This document shows, in pieces, positions 30,614 to 40,384 of a stretch of DNA of 64,000 nucleotides; the stretch's first letter is position 1, and every line of letters begins with the position of its first letter. The notes beneath the pieces were generated by a model that made no database searches, was not told the origin of the DNA, and worked only from the letters and a program-made list of their open reading frames with translations. Both the position numbers and the translations under genes were made by a program. The stretch comes from an uncultured Candidatus Poseidoniales archaeon (GTDB lineage: Archaea > Thermoplasmatota > Poseidoniia > Poseidoniales > Poseidoniaceae): NCBI GenBank assembly GCA_964526385.1, contig CAZGJD010000001.1, positions 86,355 through 150,354 of the forward strand. The letters are read 5' to 3'.

Positions 30614-30934
30614 TTGGCTAACAATATGGAGTTAGGGCAACAACTGCAGTTAGTGGTCGCTGAAGTCCAAGCCGCAAGACAACAAGTGGCCTCACTAAGC
30701 ACTCAGTTGAGAGAAATTGAGGGAACAATAGTTGCCGTTAAAAACCAACCTGAAGATTTGGCTTTACATCGTCAAATGGGAACTATATTAGTTGAAGTTG
30801 AAGACAGAGATGGATTGATTTCCGATTTGGAAAAAGCACTTGAGCAACTTAATAGTGCTCTGGGCTCAATCAAGGAAAAGGAACAACAATTAGTTGCAAC
30901 ATATGATGAATTGAAAAGATCGATTGAGGGATAG
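30614..30934 (+). CDS. pfdB: Prefoldin beta subunit
   Basis: Coiled coil - HRQMGTILVE hairpin - coiled coil, synteny. Confidence 0.85.
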   Translation: MANNMELGQQLQLVVAEVQAARQQVASLSTQLREIEGTIVAVKNQPEDLALHRQMGTILVEVEDRDGLISDLEKALEQLNSALGSIKEKEQQLVATYDELKRSIEG

Positions 30935-30936
30935 AA

Positions 30937-31908
30937 TTGGAAAATCTCCATGATTGGATTGGCGACAGAGTTCGCAATGGACCTGTTGCAATAGTAACTG
31001 GTCGCAATGGTGACATGGACACTGTTGGTTCTGCAATTGCATTGTCTTCAACAAGACCTGAATTATTAGCATGTGGACTACATTTGGGAAGGCTAGCTAA
31101 AAGAATGTGCAATGAATTAAACGCACCATTCAAAATTATTGCAGAAAACGGCCACTGGCCAAATAATTTGAGTGGTTTCATATTCGTCGACGCTGCTTCT
31201 CTCGAACAGACTGGAGTTAAGATTCCTCAGGGTATTCCGTACTGTGTAATAGACCACCATGCAACATCCGAATGGACATTTGGGGAACATGATTTAGAAT
31301 TTCGGACTGATGCAAGGTCAACTACACAAATTATTTTTCAATATTTAGAAAATTATTATCCAAACGCTCTCACAGATGAAGTAAGGAAACTTTTACTTGC
31401 TGGATTAATTACTGACACTGGTAGATTTCAACATGCAGATCAATATGCTTTGGCAACAGCATCACGAATAGTATCAGGTGGTAACTTTGAATACCAAGAA
31501 TTCGTAGAACACTTGCAAAATGAAAAAATATCATCCAGTGATAGAGGAGCGATAATAAAGGCACTCAACAATTGTAAATCAATAGATGTAGGGGATTGGA
31601 ATTTAGTTCACACAAACGGTGGGATTCAAGAAGGAAAAATTGCGTCACTCCTACTACAAACAGGTGGTGATGTATCTCTCGTATGTCGTACGAGAAATGG
31701 CAAATCTAGACTCACTGCAAGGGCTAATAGAAACTCAACAAAACAAGGTGTTCACCTTGGTAATTTAATGAAAGAGTTATCCACCAATATTGGTGGAGAG
31801 GGTGGCGGACATGATGGTGCGGCAGGATGGTCAGGAGATGCTGATCCTGTTTCAGCAGAATCTGGATTCATAAATCTTTTAGCTGGAATTAGGAGACGTG
31901 AAAAATGA
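30937..31908 (+). CDS. DHH/DHHA1 phosphoesterase
   Basis: DMDTVGS, FVD, IDHH, TDTGRF, GGGHDGAAG. Usual neighbour of prefoldin beta. Confidence 0.88.
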   Translation: MENLHDWIGDRVRNGPVAIVTGRNGDMDTVGSAIALSSTRPELLACGLHLGRLAKRMCNELNAPFKIIAENGHWPNNLSGFIFVDAASLEQTGVKIPQGIPYCVIDHHATSEWTFGEHDLEFRTDARSTTQIIFQYLENYYPNALTDEVRKLLLAGLITDTGRFQHADQYALATASRIVSGGNFEYQEFVEHLQNEKISSSDRGAIIKALNNCKSIDVGDWNLVHTNGGIQEGKIASLLLQTGGDVSLVCRTRNGKSRLTARANRNSTKQGVHLGNLMKELSTNIGGEGGGHDGAAGWSGDADPVSAESGFINLLAGIRRREK

Positions 31909-32936
31909 ATCCAGAAGAAATTATACTTGCTTTTGATAATGGTGAAAGAAATTTGGAGCCATTGCTGGAAAAAATGGGATGGAGCAGTTGGCTTGGTGTG
32001 GCTGAATTAGGTATTGTGATGGGAAGTGGAATTGTTGACTTTTTAGAGGATAAACTGACTTTGGCAGAAAAGGAAGTATTAGATTTAGTAAAACTGAGAT
32101 TAGATGGAAATATTTCACTTGAAGCAATCGAAAAAGCACTGAAAGTCGCACGTAATCCAGAGACAAGGGACCTATCTCTGGAGGGCAGATTGAGAATGGA
32201 AAGAGGATTAGTGCATTTTGAAAACGGAGATATAGAATCTGCTAGAGATGATTTGACCTGGGCTGAAACTAGGCTCAAATCCGTATCAAAAGCGAGTAGA
32301 GACCATGACATCTCTATGCTAAATAAAGCAGCATTCCACCTTTCTATAGATGAACCCATGATGGCATTACATGTTCATGGAGACATTTCCCGTAACGCTG
32401 GTCATGCTCATGAAACAATAGCAATTTCTCGTATACAAGCAGCACGAATTCATTTGGCCTTTGGTCAGTTATTTGATGCAGCAAGATGTGCTTTCAATTC
32501 TCATGCGCATGCCATAATTGCAAAACAAATTGAATTAGCGATAGAAGCAGGGGCGATTTTTGTAGAAATATCATCAGCTTACAAAGATGAAAATGCAGAG
32601 AAATTCGCTGACCAAATTATTACTGCGAAACCATTGTCAGCAGGGGAGGATCAAGTAGTCCTACAAGTACACCCAGATGACTTAACTGGTGTTCTCTCAT
32701 GGTGCGTAGAAAATGTAGGAACGGATTATTCAGGAAGTGAGCGTCCAGATTTGAGAACACTTCTACTATTATCACAAAAATTAGGCCAGACGGAAAAATT
32801 TTCTAGTTTGCTATCTAATCCTGAAGTTGTAGAAGATGCCCTACTAGCCGCTATTTGTGCATCTATATTCGAAGGCAACGAAAAGCAGAGATGGACGAAT
32901 CGCGTTACTGAAATTATGACATTAAAAGACATTTAA
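31905..32936 (+). CDS. Hypothetical alpha-helical (TPR-like) protein
   Basis: 343 aa ORF overlapping the DHH gene stop, with Ala/Leu-rich helical repeats. Confidence 0.6.
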   Translation: MNPEEIILAFDNGERNLEPLLEKMGWSSWLGVAELGIVMGSGIVDFLEDKLTLAEKEVLDLVKLRLDGNISLEAIEKALKVARNPETRDLSLEGRLRMERGLVHFENGDIESARDDLTWAETRLKSVSKASRDHDISMLNKAAFHLSIDEPMMALHVHGDISRNAGHAHETIAISRIQAARIHLAFGQLFDAARCAFNSHAHAIIAKQIELAIEAGAIFVEISSAYKDENAEKFADQIITAKPLSAGEDQVVLQVHPDDLTGVLSWCVENVGTDYSGSERPDLRTLLLLSQKLGQTEKFSSLLSNPEVVEDALLAAICASIFEGNEKQRWTNRVTEIMTLKDI

Positions 32937-33922
32937 TCCATCATTTCTTGTGCTTTAACCATCCATTCTTCGGCCCACTCTTCACCAGAGGTAACAAGTG
33001 AACGTGCCATGAAAAATGCTTCAGCGGAATCTCCTGATTCGATTAATGATCTTAGCTTACTTAATTGCGGTTCCTCGTTGATTTCCTCATTTATTTCAGG
33101 TTGAACCACAGCATCGATTGTTTCTGTTGAAATCGTTTTAGACAATTTTGTCATCTTATCCAAGAAATCATTTCTCGTTTCCAATGACGGCCCGCTCCAG
33201 GGAGTTTTTTCCTTTCCATCCATTGCACCTTTCAGTCTATTTAGGAACAAATCCCTAACATTAGTTGTGGGCTTAATTTGCTGCACATGGTCGTAGCACA
33301 ACCATGCCTGGTCAATTTCATCTCTTCTCTCGTGTAGCCGACCCAATTCGAGCCAGAGTTCGTGATTTGATGGTCGGTGTGCCAACAAATATTGCACCAA
33401 TTCGATGAATAGATCCTCATTACCAGAGCCTCTGATTTTTTCTAGTCTTCTACCGTAGATGATGTTGGTACGCTGATCAGTGAAATCTAGTCTCTTACAT
33501 CTTTCAGCAAAGTCGTCTAATCCGGTATTACTTATTAATGAAAACCAGTTATCGGGGTCCAAAGAGTCAGTTATGAAGGCTGCTTCTAACAATTCTAATC
33601 CTACTTTTAGGTGGTCAACACCTTTCAATTGGTTCAATTGATTTGGGTCCCTGCCCAAGACAACGAACAGGTCTTCCAATACCATCTCAAGGCCAATTCC
33701 GTCATTACGTAGATGTTTAATTTCTGCAAGGCAACGCCAATTTTCTTCATTTGTGAAGTCATGAAGAATAGATTGCTGAGCGTTCTGTTCAGCCCATCCA
33801 AGGTTTTGTTGGGAGTTTTCAGGGTCTTTTAGGGCCAATTTTACAAACTTTTTTGCTTGTGAACGGTGTCTATTTCCAAGATTTCTGCGTGGGTGTTGTA
33901 AATTACCCGCAGAGTTTTCCAT
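32933..33922 (-). CDS. TPR-containing hypothetical protein
   Basis: PSNHELWLELGRLHERRDEIDQAWLCYDHVQQIKP is a canonical TPR. Confidence 0.7.
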   Translation of the reverse strand: MENSAGNLQHPRRNLGNRHRSQAKKFVKLALKDPENSQQNLGWAEQNAQQSILHDFTNEENWRCLAEIKHLRNDGIGLEMVLEDLFVVLGRDPNQLNQLKGVDHLKVGLELLEAAFITDSLDPDNWFSLISNTGLDDFAERCKRLDFTDQRTNIIYGRRLEKIRGSGNEDLFIELVQYLLAHRPSNHELWLELGRLHERRDEIDQAWLCYDHVQQIKPTTNVRDLFLNRLKGAMDGKEKTPWSGPSLETRNDFLDKMTKLSKTISTETIDAVVQPEINEEINEEPQLSKLRSLIESGDSAEAFFMARSLVTSGEEWAEEWMVKAQEMMD

Positions 33923-33930
33923 GTTATCCC

Positions 33931-35196
33931 TCACTGTACTGATTTGAAACCAGATCTTTCATAACCCCAAGGTATTGTTGCATCTATTCCTATTTTGGAA
34001 GTATTTCCATCATCGAGTCTAGAAGGGTCTAAACTTGAACCCTTTTGATTGGAGAGAATTATGGAATCTCTGTCAGGTTGCCAACGAGTCATCATAGCCC
34101 ATTCAACTCTTACAGGATTGGTTATGTCAATATCTTCATCAACAATGGTCACCATCTTCATGGACCTGTGACCATCAAGGGCGGCTTTGATTGCTCTTTT
34201 CCCATCACCTTCATTCTTGACTCTAATTTTTACGACGGCTGAAAGCCATCCTCCTCCACCTTCTGTCATGTGAACATCTAAGCATTCACATACTTCACTA
34301 ACAGCAGATTTGATTGTCGGAGCTCTTGGCAATCCCATTAGTGTTTTATGTTCTGATTCTGCAGGAATCAATGCGTGGAAAATAGGATTATTTCTATGTG
34401 TCAACCCATCGATTTCAATTATTGGTTGTTGTCTAATGTCATCGACAGTACCGGTTATGTCAACATATGGTCCTTCATCGGCATCGGTAGTCAAGATTCT
34501 TCCCCACATTGCATATTCGGCCTCTGATGGCACATGGATACCATTTGGTAACTCGACTAAACCTAGAGGACGATTGTGAACTTTCTGATGCAATGTTGCA
34601 GCGATAGTTAGTTCGTCAATATTAGAATCAAAGGACATTGCCGCTGCTAAAAGGACGACAGGGTCTGGCGCATTTATTATTGCGACATTCACCTCTTGTC
34701 CATTTTTTCTTGCTTCTTGAATGAAACCATGCAAATGTCTAGGAACTATTCTTGCCACGAGGTGGTTGTCATCTTTCAAGAGTTGTCTGTGAAATGACAT
34801 ATTCCTTATTCCGTTGTATTCAGCGATAATGACGCTCGAAGACATATATCTGCCACCATCCTCTCTCCAGTGGTGTGGAATAGGAATTTTGGATAACTCC
34901 ACTACGGACTGAAGGTTTTCAAGAACTGGTCCATTTTTCTCTATCTTGGGATCGCTTGGGTTATTCATCGCCCAACCAAGTAGGTCAATGAAGTCCTCCG
35001 GTTCAATCTGAAGAGCATCACAAAGTCTGGGCCTCGTGAGGAGATTAGTTGCAACTCTGTGGCCCGGTGCTTCGACTATATTATCGAACAATAATAATTC
35101 ATGTCCAACTGAAGCAGATTTATCAAAAATGCCGTGCTGAACGCTAGTTGGTTCGGAAATAATTTCTGCCTTACCCAGCAAATCTCGGAACGCCAT
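33931..35196 (-). CDS. UbiD-family decarboxylase, likely anhydromevalonate phosphate decarboxylase
   Basis: DGGRY, NMSFHR, RHL, EGPYVDITGT, VDEDID, GSSLDPS, KIGIDAT. Confidence 0.85.
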   Translation of the reverse strand: MAFRDLLGKAEIISEPTSVQHGIFDKSASVGHELLLFDNIVEAPGHRVATNLLTRPRLCDALQIEPEDFIDLLGWAMNNPSDPKIEKNGPVLENLQSVVELSKIPIPHHWREDGGRYMSSSVIIAEYNGIRNMSFHRQLLKDDNHLVARIVPRHLHGFIQEARKNGQEVNVAIINAPDPVVLLAAAMSFDSNIDELTIAATLHQKVHNRPLGLVELPNGIHVPSEAEYAMWGRILTTDADEGPYVDITGTVDDIRQQPIIEIDGLTHRNNPIFHALIPAESEHKTLMGLPRAPTIKSAVSEVCECLDVHMTEGGGGWLSAVVKIRVKNEGDGKRAIKAALDGHRSMKMVTIVDEDIDITNPVRVEWAMMTRWQPDRDSIILSNQKGSSLDPSRLDDGNTSKIGIDATIPWGYERSGFKSVQ

Positions 35197-35334
35197 AACC
35201 AAGCCCTGTAAGATTAAAGACATGAATATTGGCACAATTAACCCACCCAAACGGTTGTTCAATTTGCCTTGAATCAATCGGTATCATGAAATAGGGGGGG
35301 TAGGTCGGCAAAATGCTTCAATGGAGATATTATC

Positions 35335-35763
35335 ATGGGTCGAGGACTATTTGCAGGCGCAAAAATGGCCAAGGATCGCCAAAAATTTAGGTGGTCAGAT
35401 CGAAGATACAAGAAGCGTATGCTAAAATCCCGTGAAAAACACGACCCTCTCGGTGGTTCAACACAGGCCAAAGGCATCGTAATTGAAAAGGTTGGAATCG
35501 AGGCTAAACAACCTAACTCCGGTATCAGAAAAGCAGTAAAAATCTCCCTCATTAAGAACGGAAACAAATTGACAGCATTCGCTCCAGGTGACGGTGCGAT
35601 CAACTTCATTGATGAACACGATGAAGTGATGGTAGAGGGTATCGGTGGTCGCATGGGTCGTTCTTACGGAGATATTCCCGGTGTAAGATACAAAGTAATT
35701 CAGGTGAATGGAGTTTCACTCGATGAAATGGTCCGTGGAAGAAAGGAGAAGCCAGTACGCTGA
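35335..35763 (+). CDS. rps12: 30S ribosomal protein S12 (uS12)
   Basis: [26 protein letters not shown]. Confidence 0.98.
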   Translation: MGRGLFAGAKMAKDRQKFRWSDRRYKKRMLKSREKHDPLGGSTQAKGIVIEKVGIEAKQPNSGIRKAVKISLIKNGNKLTAFAPGDGAINFIDEHDEVMVEGIGGRMGRSYGDIPGVRYKVIQVNGVSLDEMVRGRKEKPVR

Positions 35764-35777
35764 TTTTGGTGATTTAA

Positions 35778-36401
35778 ATGAGTGATGAAGAAGTTATCGA
35801 AGAAACCGAAACTGTTGAGGTTACTCCAATCGCAGGAATTGGAACTCTCGTCTTTGGTAAGTACGACGCTACAGAAGTTGTATGTCGCGACCCCGGACTC
35901 GCCCCTTACATCAACCTGACAACAGTGGGTGTACCACACACAGGCGGTAGACATGCAAATGCATGGTTTGGAAAATCACGGCTATCTGTTGTTGAAAGAT
36001 TTACAAACAAACTGATGAGAACTGGAAAGTATACAGGAAAGAAGCTAGGTGCATTGAAGGCCTTCGAAGCGGCTCTCGACAACATTGCAAACAGAAGCGG
36101 AGAAAACCCGCTTCAAACATTCGTAGACGCGATTTGCCACGCTGCGCCAATGGAAGAAATTACTCGAATCAAATTTGGTGCAGTTTCTCAGCCTAAGGCT
36201 GTCGACAGCTCTCCCTCGAGGAGACTAGATGTTGCCCTCGCAAATCTCGCAAAAGGCGCCCAACAAGGCACTTCGAAATCAAAGAGAACCCTAACTCAGT
36301 GTATTATCAACGAAATTACCAAGGCGAGTTCTGGAGACGTAACATCTTTCGCAGTTGCTAAGAAAGAAGAAGTACAGAGAATCGCCGCAAGCGCCCGTTG
36401 A
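35778..36401 (+). CDS. rps7: 30S ribosomal protein S7 (uS7)
   Basis: PHTGGRH, GKK, ENPLQ, AVDSSPSRRLD, KKEEVQRIAASAR. Confidence 0.97.
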   Translation: MSDEEVIEETETVEVTPIAGIGTLVFGKYDATEVVCRDPGLAPYINLTTVGVPHTGGRHANAWFGKSRLSVVERFTNKLMRTGKYTGKKLGALKAFEAALDNIANRSGENPLQTFVDAICHAAPMEEITRIKFGAVSQPKAVDSSPSRRLDVALANLAKGAQQGTSKSKRTLTQCIINEITKASSGDVTSFAVAKKEEVQRIAASAR

Positions 36402-36406
36402 TTTAA

Positions 36407-36441
36407 GGTTGAATTATCGCACTATTATAGTGCAATCAACC
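36407..36441. terminator. Inverted repeat after rps7 (hairpin or operator)
   Basis: GGTTGA...GCACTA-TTA-TAGTGC..TCAACC nested stem between rps7 and the desaturase. Confidence 0.4.
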
Positions 36442-36477
36442 CAAACAGTCAAAGACAGACTTTGTGGGATATAAAGT

Positions 36478-37626
36478 ATGAGCGAGTACGCAGGCGTCTC
36501 GAAAATCAATTGGCTGAATTCTATCTTCCTCATAGCAACTCCAATTTTGGCAGTGATAGGGATTATTTCTCACTATTACTTCTACGGAGCCCCTGGATTA
36601 ACTGAATTATCTGTCTTTTTGGCATTATACTTTGCATGTGGACTCTCTATAACGGTAGGGTACCATCGATTATTTTCCCACAGATCACATGATGCGTCTT
36701 GGCCGTTAGTCATGTTTTATGCAATATTTGGTGCTGGAGCATTCCAAAATTCCATTATTGAATGGTGTTCAGACCACAGAAACCATCACAAACATACCGA
36801 TGACGAAGAAGACCCCTATTCTGCGTCCAAAGGTTTCTGGTATTCGCACATCGGATGGATTATGGTTGAAGAGGATAAATTCGAGAATGATTTCTCTAAT
36901 GTCAAGGATTTACAGCAAAGTAAAATCATAATGTGGCAACACAAGCACATTTTTGCTATCGGTGCAGTATCTGGAATTATTCTACCGTTTGCAATTGGTT
37001 TTGCAATTGGTGGTATTTCATCGGCAGTAGGTTGTCTGGTGTGGGGAGGAATTGTTCGTATTGTCTTCGTGCATCATGGTACATTTCTCATTAATAGCGC
37101 AGCTCACATTTGGGGAAAGCAACCTTATTCCAAAGATAATACTAGCAAGGATTCCTTCTGGCTTGCATTCCTCACCTTTGGCGAAGGATACCATAATTTC
37201 CATCACACATTTCAAGCAGATTACCGAAATGGGCACAAGTGGTACCATGTCGATCCCAGTAAGTGGTGGATCACTTCCTTCAAGTGGATTGGCTTGAAAT
37301 CAAATCTAAAATCTACACCCAAACACTCGATTGAAATTGCTAAATTAGATGTCAAATTCAACAACACTGTATCTAAACTCGATAAAAAGGAAATCGCATC
37401 AAGCAAATTTAATGAAATATTCAAAGAAAAAAGAGATTCACTTAGGGCGTGTTTATATGATTTACAAAAAGCAAAATCTGACCTAAAAAACACCCTCAAC
37501 CATTCTAAAATACAAATGAAAGAACGTATTGCTGAAATAAAGGCGACATACTTACAATTAAAGAATGATATCAAGAATATTTTTATTGAGATGGATAGAC
37601 AATTCAATAGCAAAATTGTAAGCTGA
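36478..37626 (+). CDS. Membrane delta-9 acyl-CoA/acyl-lipid desaturase (Ole1/Des-like)
   Basis: Three His boxes (GYHRLFSH, DHRNHH, GEGYHNFHH), DPYS..GFWYSHIGW, INSAAH, DYRNG, C-terminal coiled coil. Confidence 0.93.
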   Translation: MSEYAGVSKINWLNSIFLIATPILAVIGIISHYYFYGAPGLTELSVFLALYFACGLSITVGYHRLFSHRSHDASWPLVMFYAIFGAGAFQNSIIEWCSDHRNHHKHTDDEEDPYSASKGFWYSHIGWIMVEEDKFENDFSNVKDLQQSKIIMWQHKHIFAIGAVSGIILPFAIGFAIGGISSAVGCLVWGGIVRIVFVHHGTFLINSAAHIWGKQPYSKDNTSKDSFWLAFLTFGEGYHNFHHTFQADYRNGHKWYHVDPSKWWITSFKWIGLKSNLKSTPKHSIEIAKLDVKFNNTVSKLDKKEIASSKFNEIFKEKRDSLRACLYDLQKAKSDLKNTLNHSKIQMKERIAEIKATYLQLKNDIKNIFIEMDRQFNSKIVS

Positions 37627-37720
37627 AAATCAAGCCACTGTAATACAATTGATACTATCTTTCAGAGTCGATTTCATAAACCCCTTTCTTGTGGATAGTG
37701 TATACCAGAGTGGTGATACT

Positions 37721-39928
37721 ATGGGCCGTAAGGAAGACAATATCAAAAAAGCAACAGAAGTTATGCATGTACTACCCCAAATTAGGAACTTGTGCATTGC
37801 TGCTCACATTGACCACGGAAAAACTACCCTATCTGACAACCTGATAGCAGGTGCTGGAATGATGAGTGAAGACTTGGCAGGAAAGAGTAGAGTATTGGAT
37901 TTTGACGAACAAGAAAGCGCTCGTGGAATTACAATTAACGCAGCCTCTGCTTCGATGGTACATGGAGTCGATGGTACTGACTATTTAATCAATTTAATCG
38001 ATACACCCGGGCACGTTGACTTCGGCGGTGACGTAACACGAGCTATGAGAGCCGTTGACGGATGTTTCATTCTTGCCTGTGCAGTGGAAGGGCCTATGCC
38101 TCAGACTGAAACCGTTGTAAGACAAGCTCTCAAAGAGAAGGTAAAGCCTGTTTTATTCATAAACAAGGTAGACCGACTCATCAACGAACTTCAAGTTACT
38201 CCAGAGGATATGATGGAGCGATTTCAAGAGACTATCAGAAAAGTAAACAAATTAATTAGACAATTTGCCCCTGAAGAATTTAAGAAATCTTGGCAAGTTG
38301 ATGTAGGTTCTGGTACTGTTGCTTTTGGTTCTGCATACCACAACTGGGGAATAACCGTTCCTTTCATGCAAAAAACTGGAATTAACTTCAAAGATATTTT
38401 TGAATATTGTAATAACGAACAACAAAAAGAACTATCCAAGAAAGCTCCTGTTCACGAAGTTCTTCTAGACATGGCAGTAACTAAATTACCAGGCCCTGTT
38501 GAAGCCCAACCATACAGAATTCCTAACATTTGGAATGGTGACTTGGACACTCCTATCGGGAAAGCGATGGTCGCATGTGACCCAGACGCTGAACTTGCAA
38601 TGATGATTACCAAAATTTGGATGGACCCTCACGCTGGTGAGGTTGCAGTTGGAAGAATCTACTCTGGAGCTATCAACCAAGGTGAATCAGTATTTGCTAT
38701 TGGAGCTGCAAAGGCAGAGCGTGTTCAACAAGTTAGCATGATGGTCGGAGGAGACAGAATCACAGTACCAAAGGTTGTCGCTGGAAATATTGCAGCGATT
38801 ACTGGAATTAGATCTGCAGCGGCTGGTGTCACCCTTTCAAGAGACAAAGATTTCACACCATTCGAAGCAATCAGACATTATTCAGACCCTGTTGTAACAG
38901 TAGCTGTTGAGCCTAAGAGCATGAAAGACTTGCCTAAGTTTATTGACGCACTTCGTGCATTAGCAAAATCTGACGCATCACTTCAAGTAATGACAAATCA
39001 AGAAACTGGTGAAGCGCTTCTCGCAGGAATGGGTGAATTGCATCTTGAAATCACAGTATACAGGTTGGAAGAAGAACAAAACATCAAGGTAAAAGTTAGC
39101 CCACCAATCGTTGTTTACAGAGAATCCGTTGAAAATAATAACCACGGAAGAGCATTTGAAGGTAAATCACCTAACAGACACAACAGATTCATGATCGAAT
39201 GTGAACCTCTATCGGAAGAAGTAGTAGGAGCATTAAGAGAAGGACACTTTGGTGACGGACCTGTAAGGTCTGGCGATGCAAAGGAAGTTGGAAACAAATT
39301 TAGTGAATTTGGAATGGACAAGGACTTGATGAGGAAGATTTACGCAATCAACGGTACCAACGTCCTCGTAAATGACACCAAGGGTATTCAGAACCTTCAC
39401 GAAACAAGAGAATTGATAATTGAAGCATTCAATGAAGTATGTAAGAAAGGACCAATCGCCGATGAGCCAGTAATGGGAATGATGGTTAGATTAGTAGATG
39501 CAAAACTACACGAAGACGCAATTCACAGAGGTCCTGCGCAAACTATACCTGCTGTAAGAAACGGAATCAAGGGCGCAATGATGAGAGCAAAAACAGTTCT
39601 TATGGAACCAATGCAGAGATCTCATGTATCAGTACCTAATGATTGGCTTGGCCAAGTCACAAGAGAAATTACAAACAGAAGGGGTATTATTGAAGACATG
39701 CCTGCTGAAGGTGAAGTTACAACAGTTATCGGAACACTACCTGTTGCAGAAACATTTGGTTTCTCTAACGACATTAGAGCCGCTTCCCAAGGAAGAGCTG
39801 TTTGGAATTCAGAAAATACCGGATTCGAAATGCTTCCACCACAATTATTCGACAAGGTTGTTGGAGAAATAAGAACTCGTAAGGGTCTAAAGCCAGAACC
39901 AAATCCAGAATCATATTATTCAGATTGA
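37721..39928 (+). CDS. fusA: Translation elongation factor aEF-2
   Basis: AHIDHGKTT, RGITI, DTPGHVDF, NKVD, GMGELHLE, diphthamide loop HEDAIHRGPAQ. ATG at 37721 after GGTGA. Confidence 0.98.
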   Translation: MGRKEDNIKKATEVMHVLPQIRNLCIAAHIDHGKTTLSDNLIAGAGMMSEDLAGKSRVLDFDEQESARGITINAASASMVHGVDGTDYLINLIDTPGHVDFGGDVTRAMRAVDGCFILACAVEGPMPQTETVVRQALKEKVKPVLFINKVDRLINELQVTPEDMMERFQETIRKVNKLIRQFAPEEFKKSWQVDVGSGTVAFGSAYHNWGITVPFMQKTGINFKDIFEYCNNEQQKELSKKAPVHEVLLDMAVTKLPGPVEAQPYRIPNIWNGDLDTPIGKAMVACDPDAELAMMITKIWMDPHAGEVAVGRIYSGAINQGESVFAIGAAKAERVQQVSMMVGGDRITVPKVVAGNIAAITGIRSAAAGVTLSRDKDFTPFEAIRHYSDPVVTVAVEPKSMKDLPKFIDALRALAKSDASLQVMTNQETGEALLAGMGELHLEITVYRLEEEQNIKVKVSPPIVVYRESVENNNHGRAFEGKSPNRHNRFMIECEPLSEEVVGALREGHFGDGPVRSGDAKEVGNKFSEFGMDKDLMRKIYAINGTNVLVNDTKGIQNLHETRELIIEAFNEVCKKGPIADEPVMGMMVRLVDAKLHEDAIHRGPAQTIPAVRNGIKGAMMRAKTVLMEPMQRSHVSVPNDWLGQVTREITNRRGIIEDMPAEGEVTTVIGTLPVAETFGFSNDIRAASQGRAVWNSENTGFEMLPPQLFDKVVGEIRTRKGLKPEPNPESYYSD

Positions 39929-39937
39929 GGTATTAAC

Positions 39938-40384
39938 TTGGGCATCCTTCACGGGATTTTTGTCTCTCAAGGTGGCGTCCCAAAATACAGCATCGAATCG
40001 TGCCTTGTAAATTCGATGGGAATTGTCGATGATAAACAAGAAAATCCAAAGCATCACGGTGGACCAAAACGAGCAATTTGTTTGCTCGACTACGATGTAT
40101 TATTGAAACTGCAAAATGAAGGACACCCTATAACACCTGGCTCTACAGGGGAAAATCTTCTGATTTCTGGTTGTGAGATGGGAATAGGCGAAAAAATATT
40201 CGTTGGAGAAGTTGTGTTGGAGATATTATCCGCAGCGACACCGTGTTACAAAATATCTGATTCGTTTGAGGATGGGGAATTCAATAGATTTTCACACAAA
40301 AAATATCCAAAAGATACCAGATGGTATTGTCGAGTGATAAAAGAAGGAGAAATTAGAATATCCTCTGAAGTTGGTAATCTGTGA
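39938..40384 (+). CDS. MOSC domain protein (YiiM-like)
   Basis: GGVPK, HHGGPKRAI, GSTGENL, PCYKI, YCRVIKEGEI. Confidence 0.85.
   Translation: MGILHGIFVSQGGVPKYSIESCLVNSMGIVDDKQENPKHHGGPKRAICLLDYDVLLKLQNEGHPITPGSTGENLLISGCEMGIGEKIFVGEVVLEILSAATPCYKISDSFEDGEFNRFSHKKYPKDTRWYCRVIKEGEIRISSEVGNL

Noticed and set aside
35294-35300. G7 homopolymer upstream of rps12
   Set aside because: Too short, and upstream of an essential gene, so it does not suggest phase variation.
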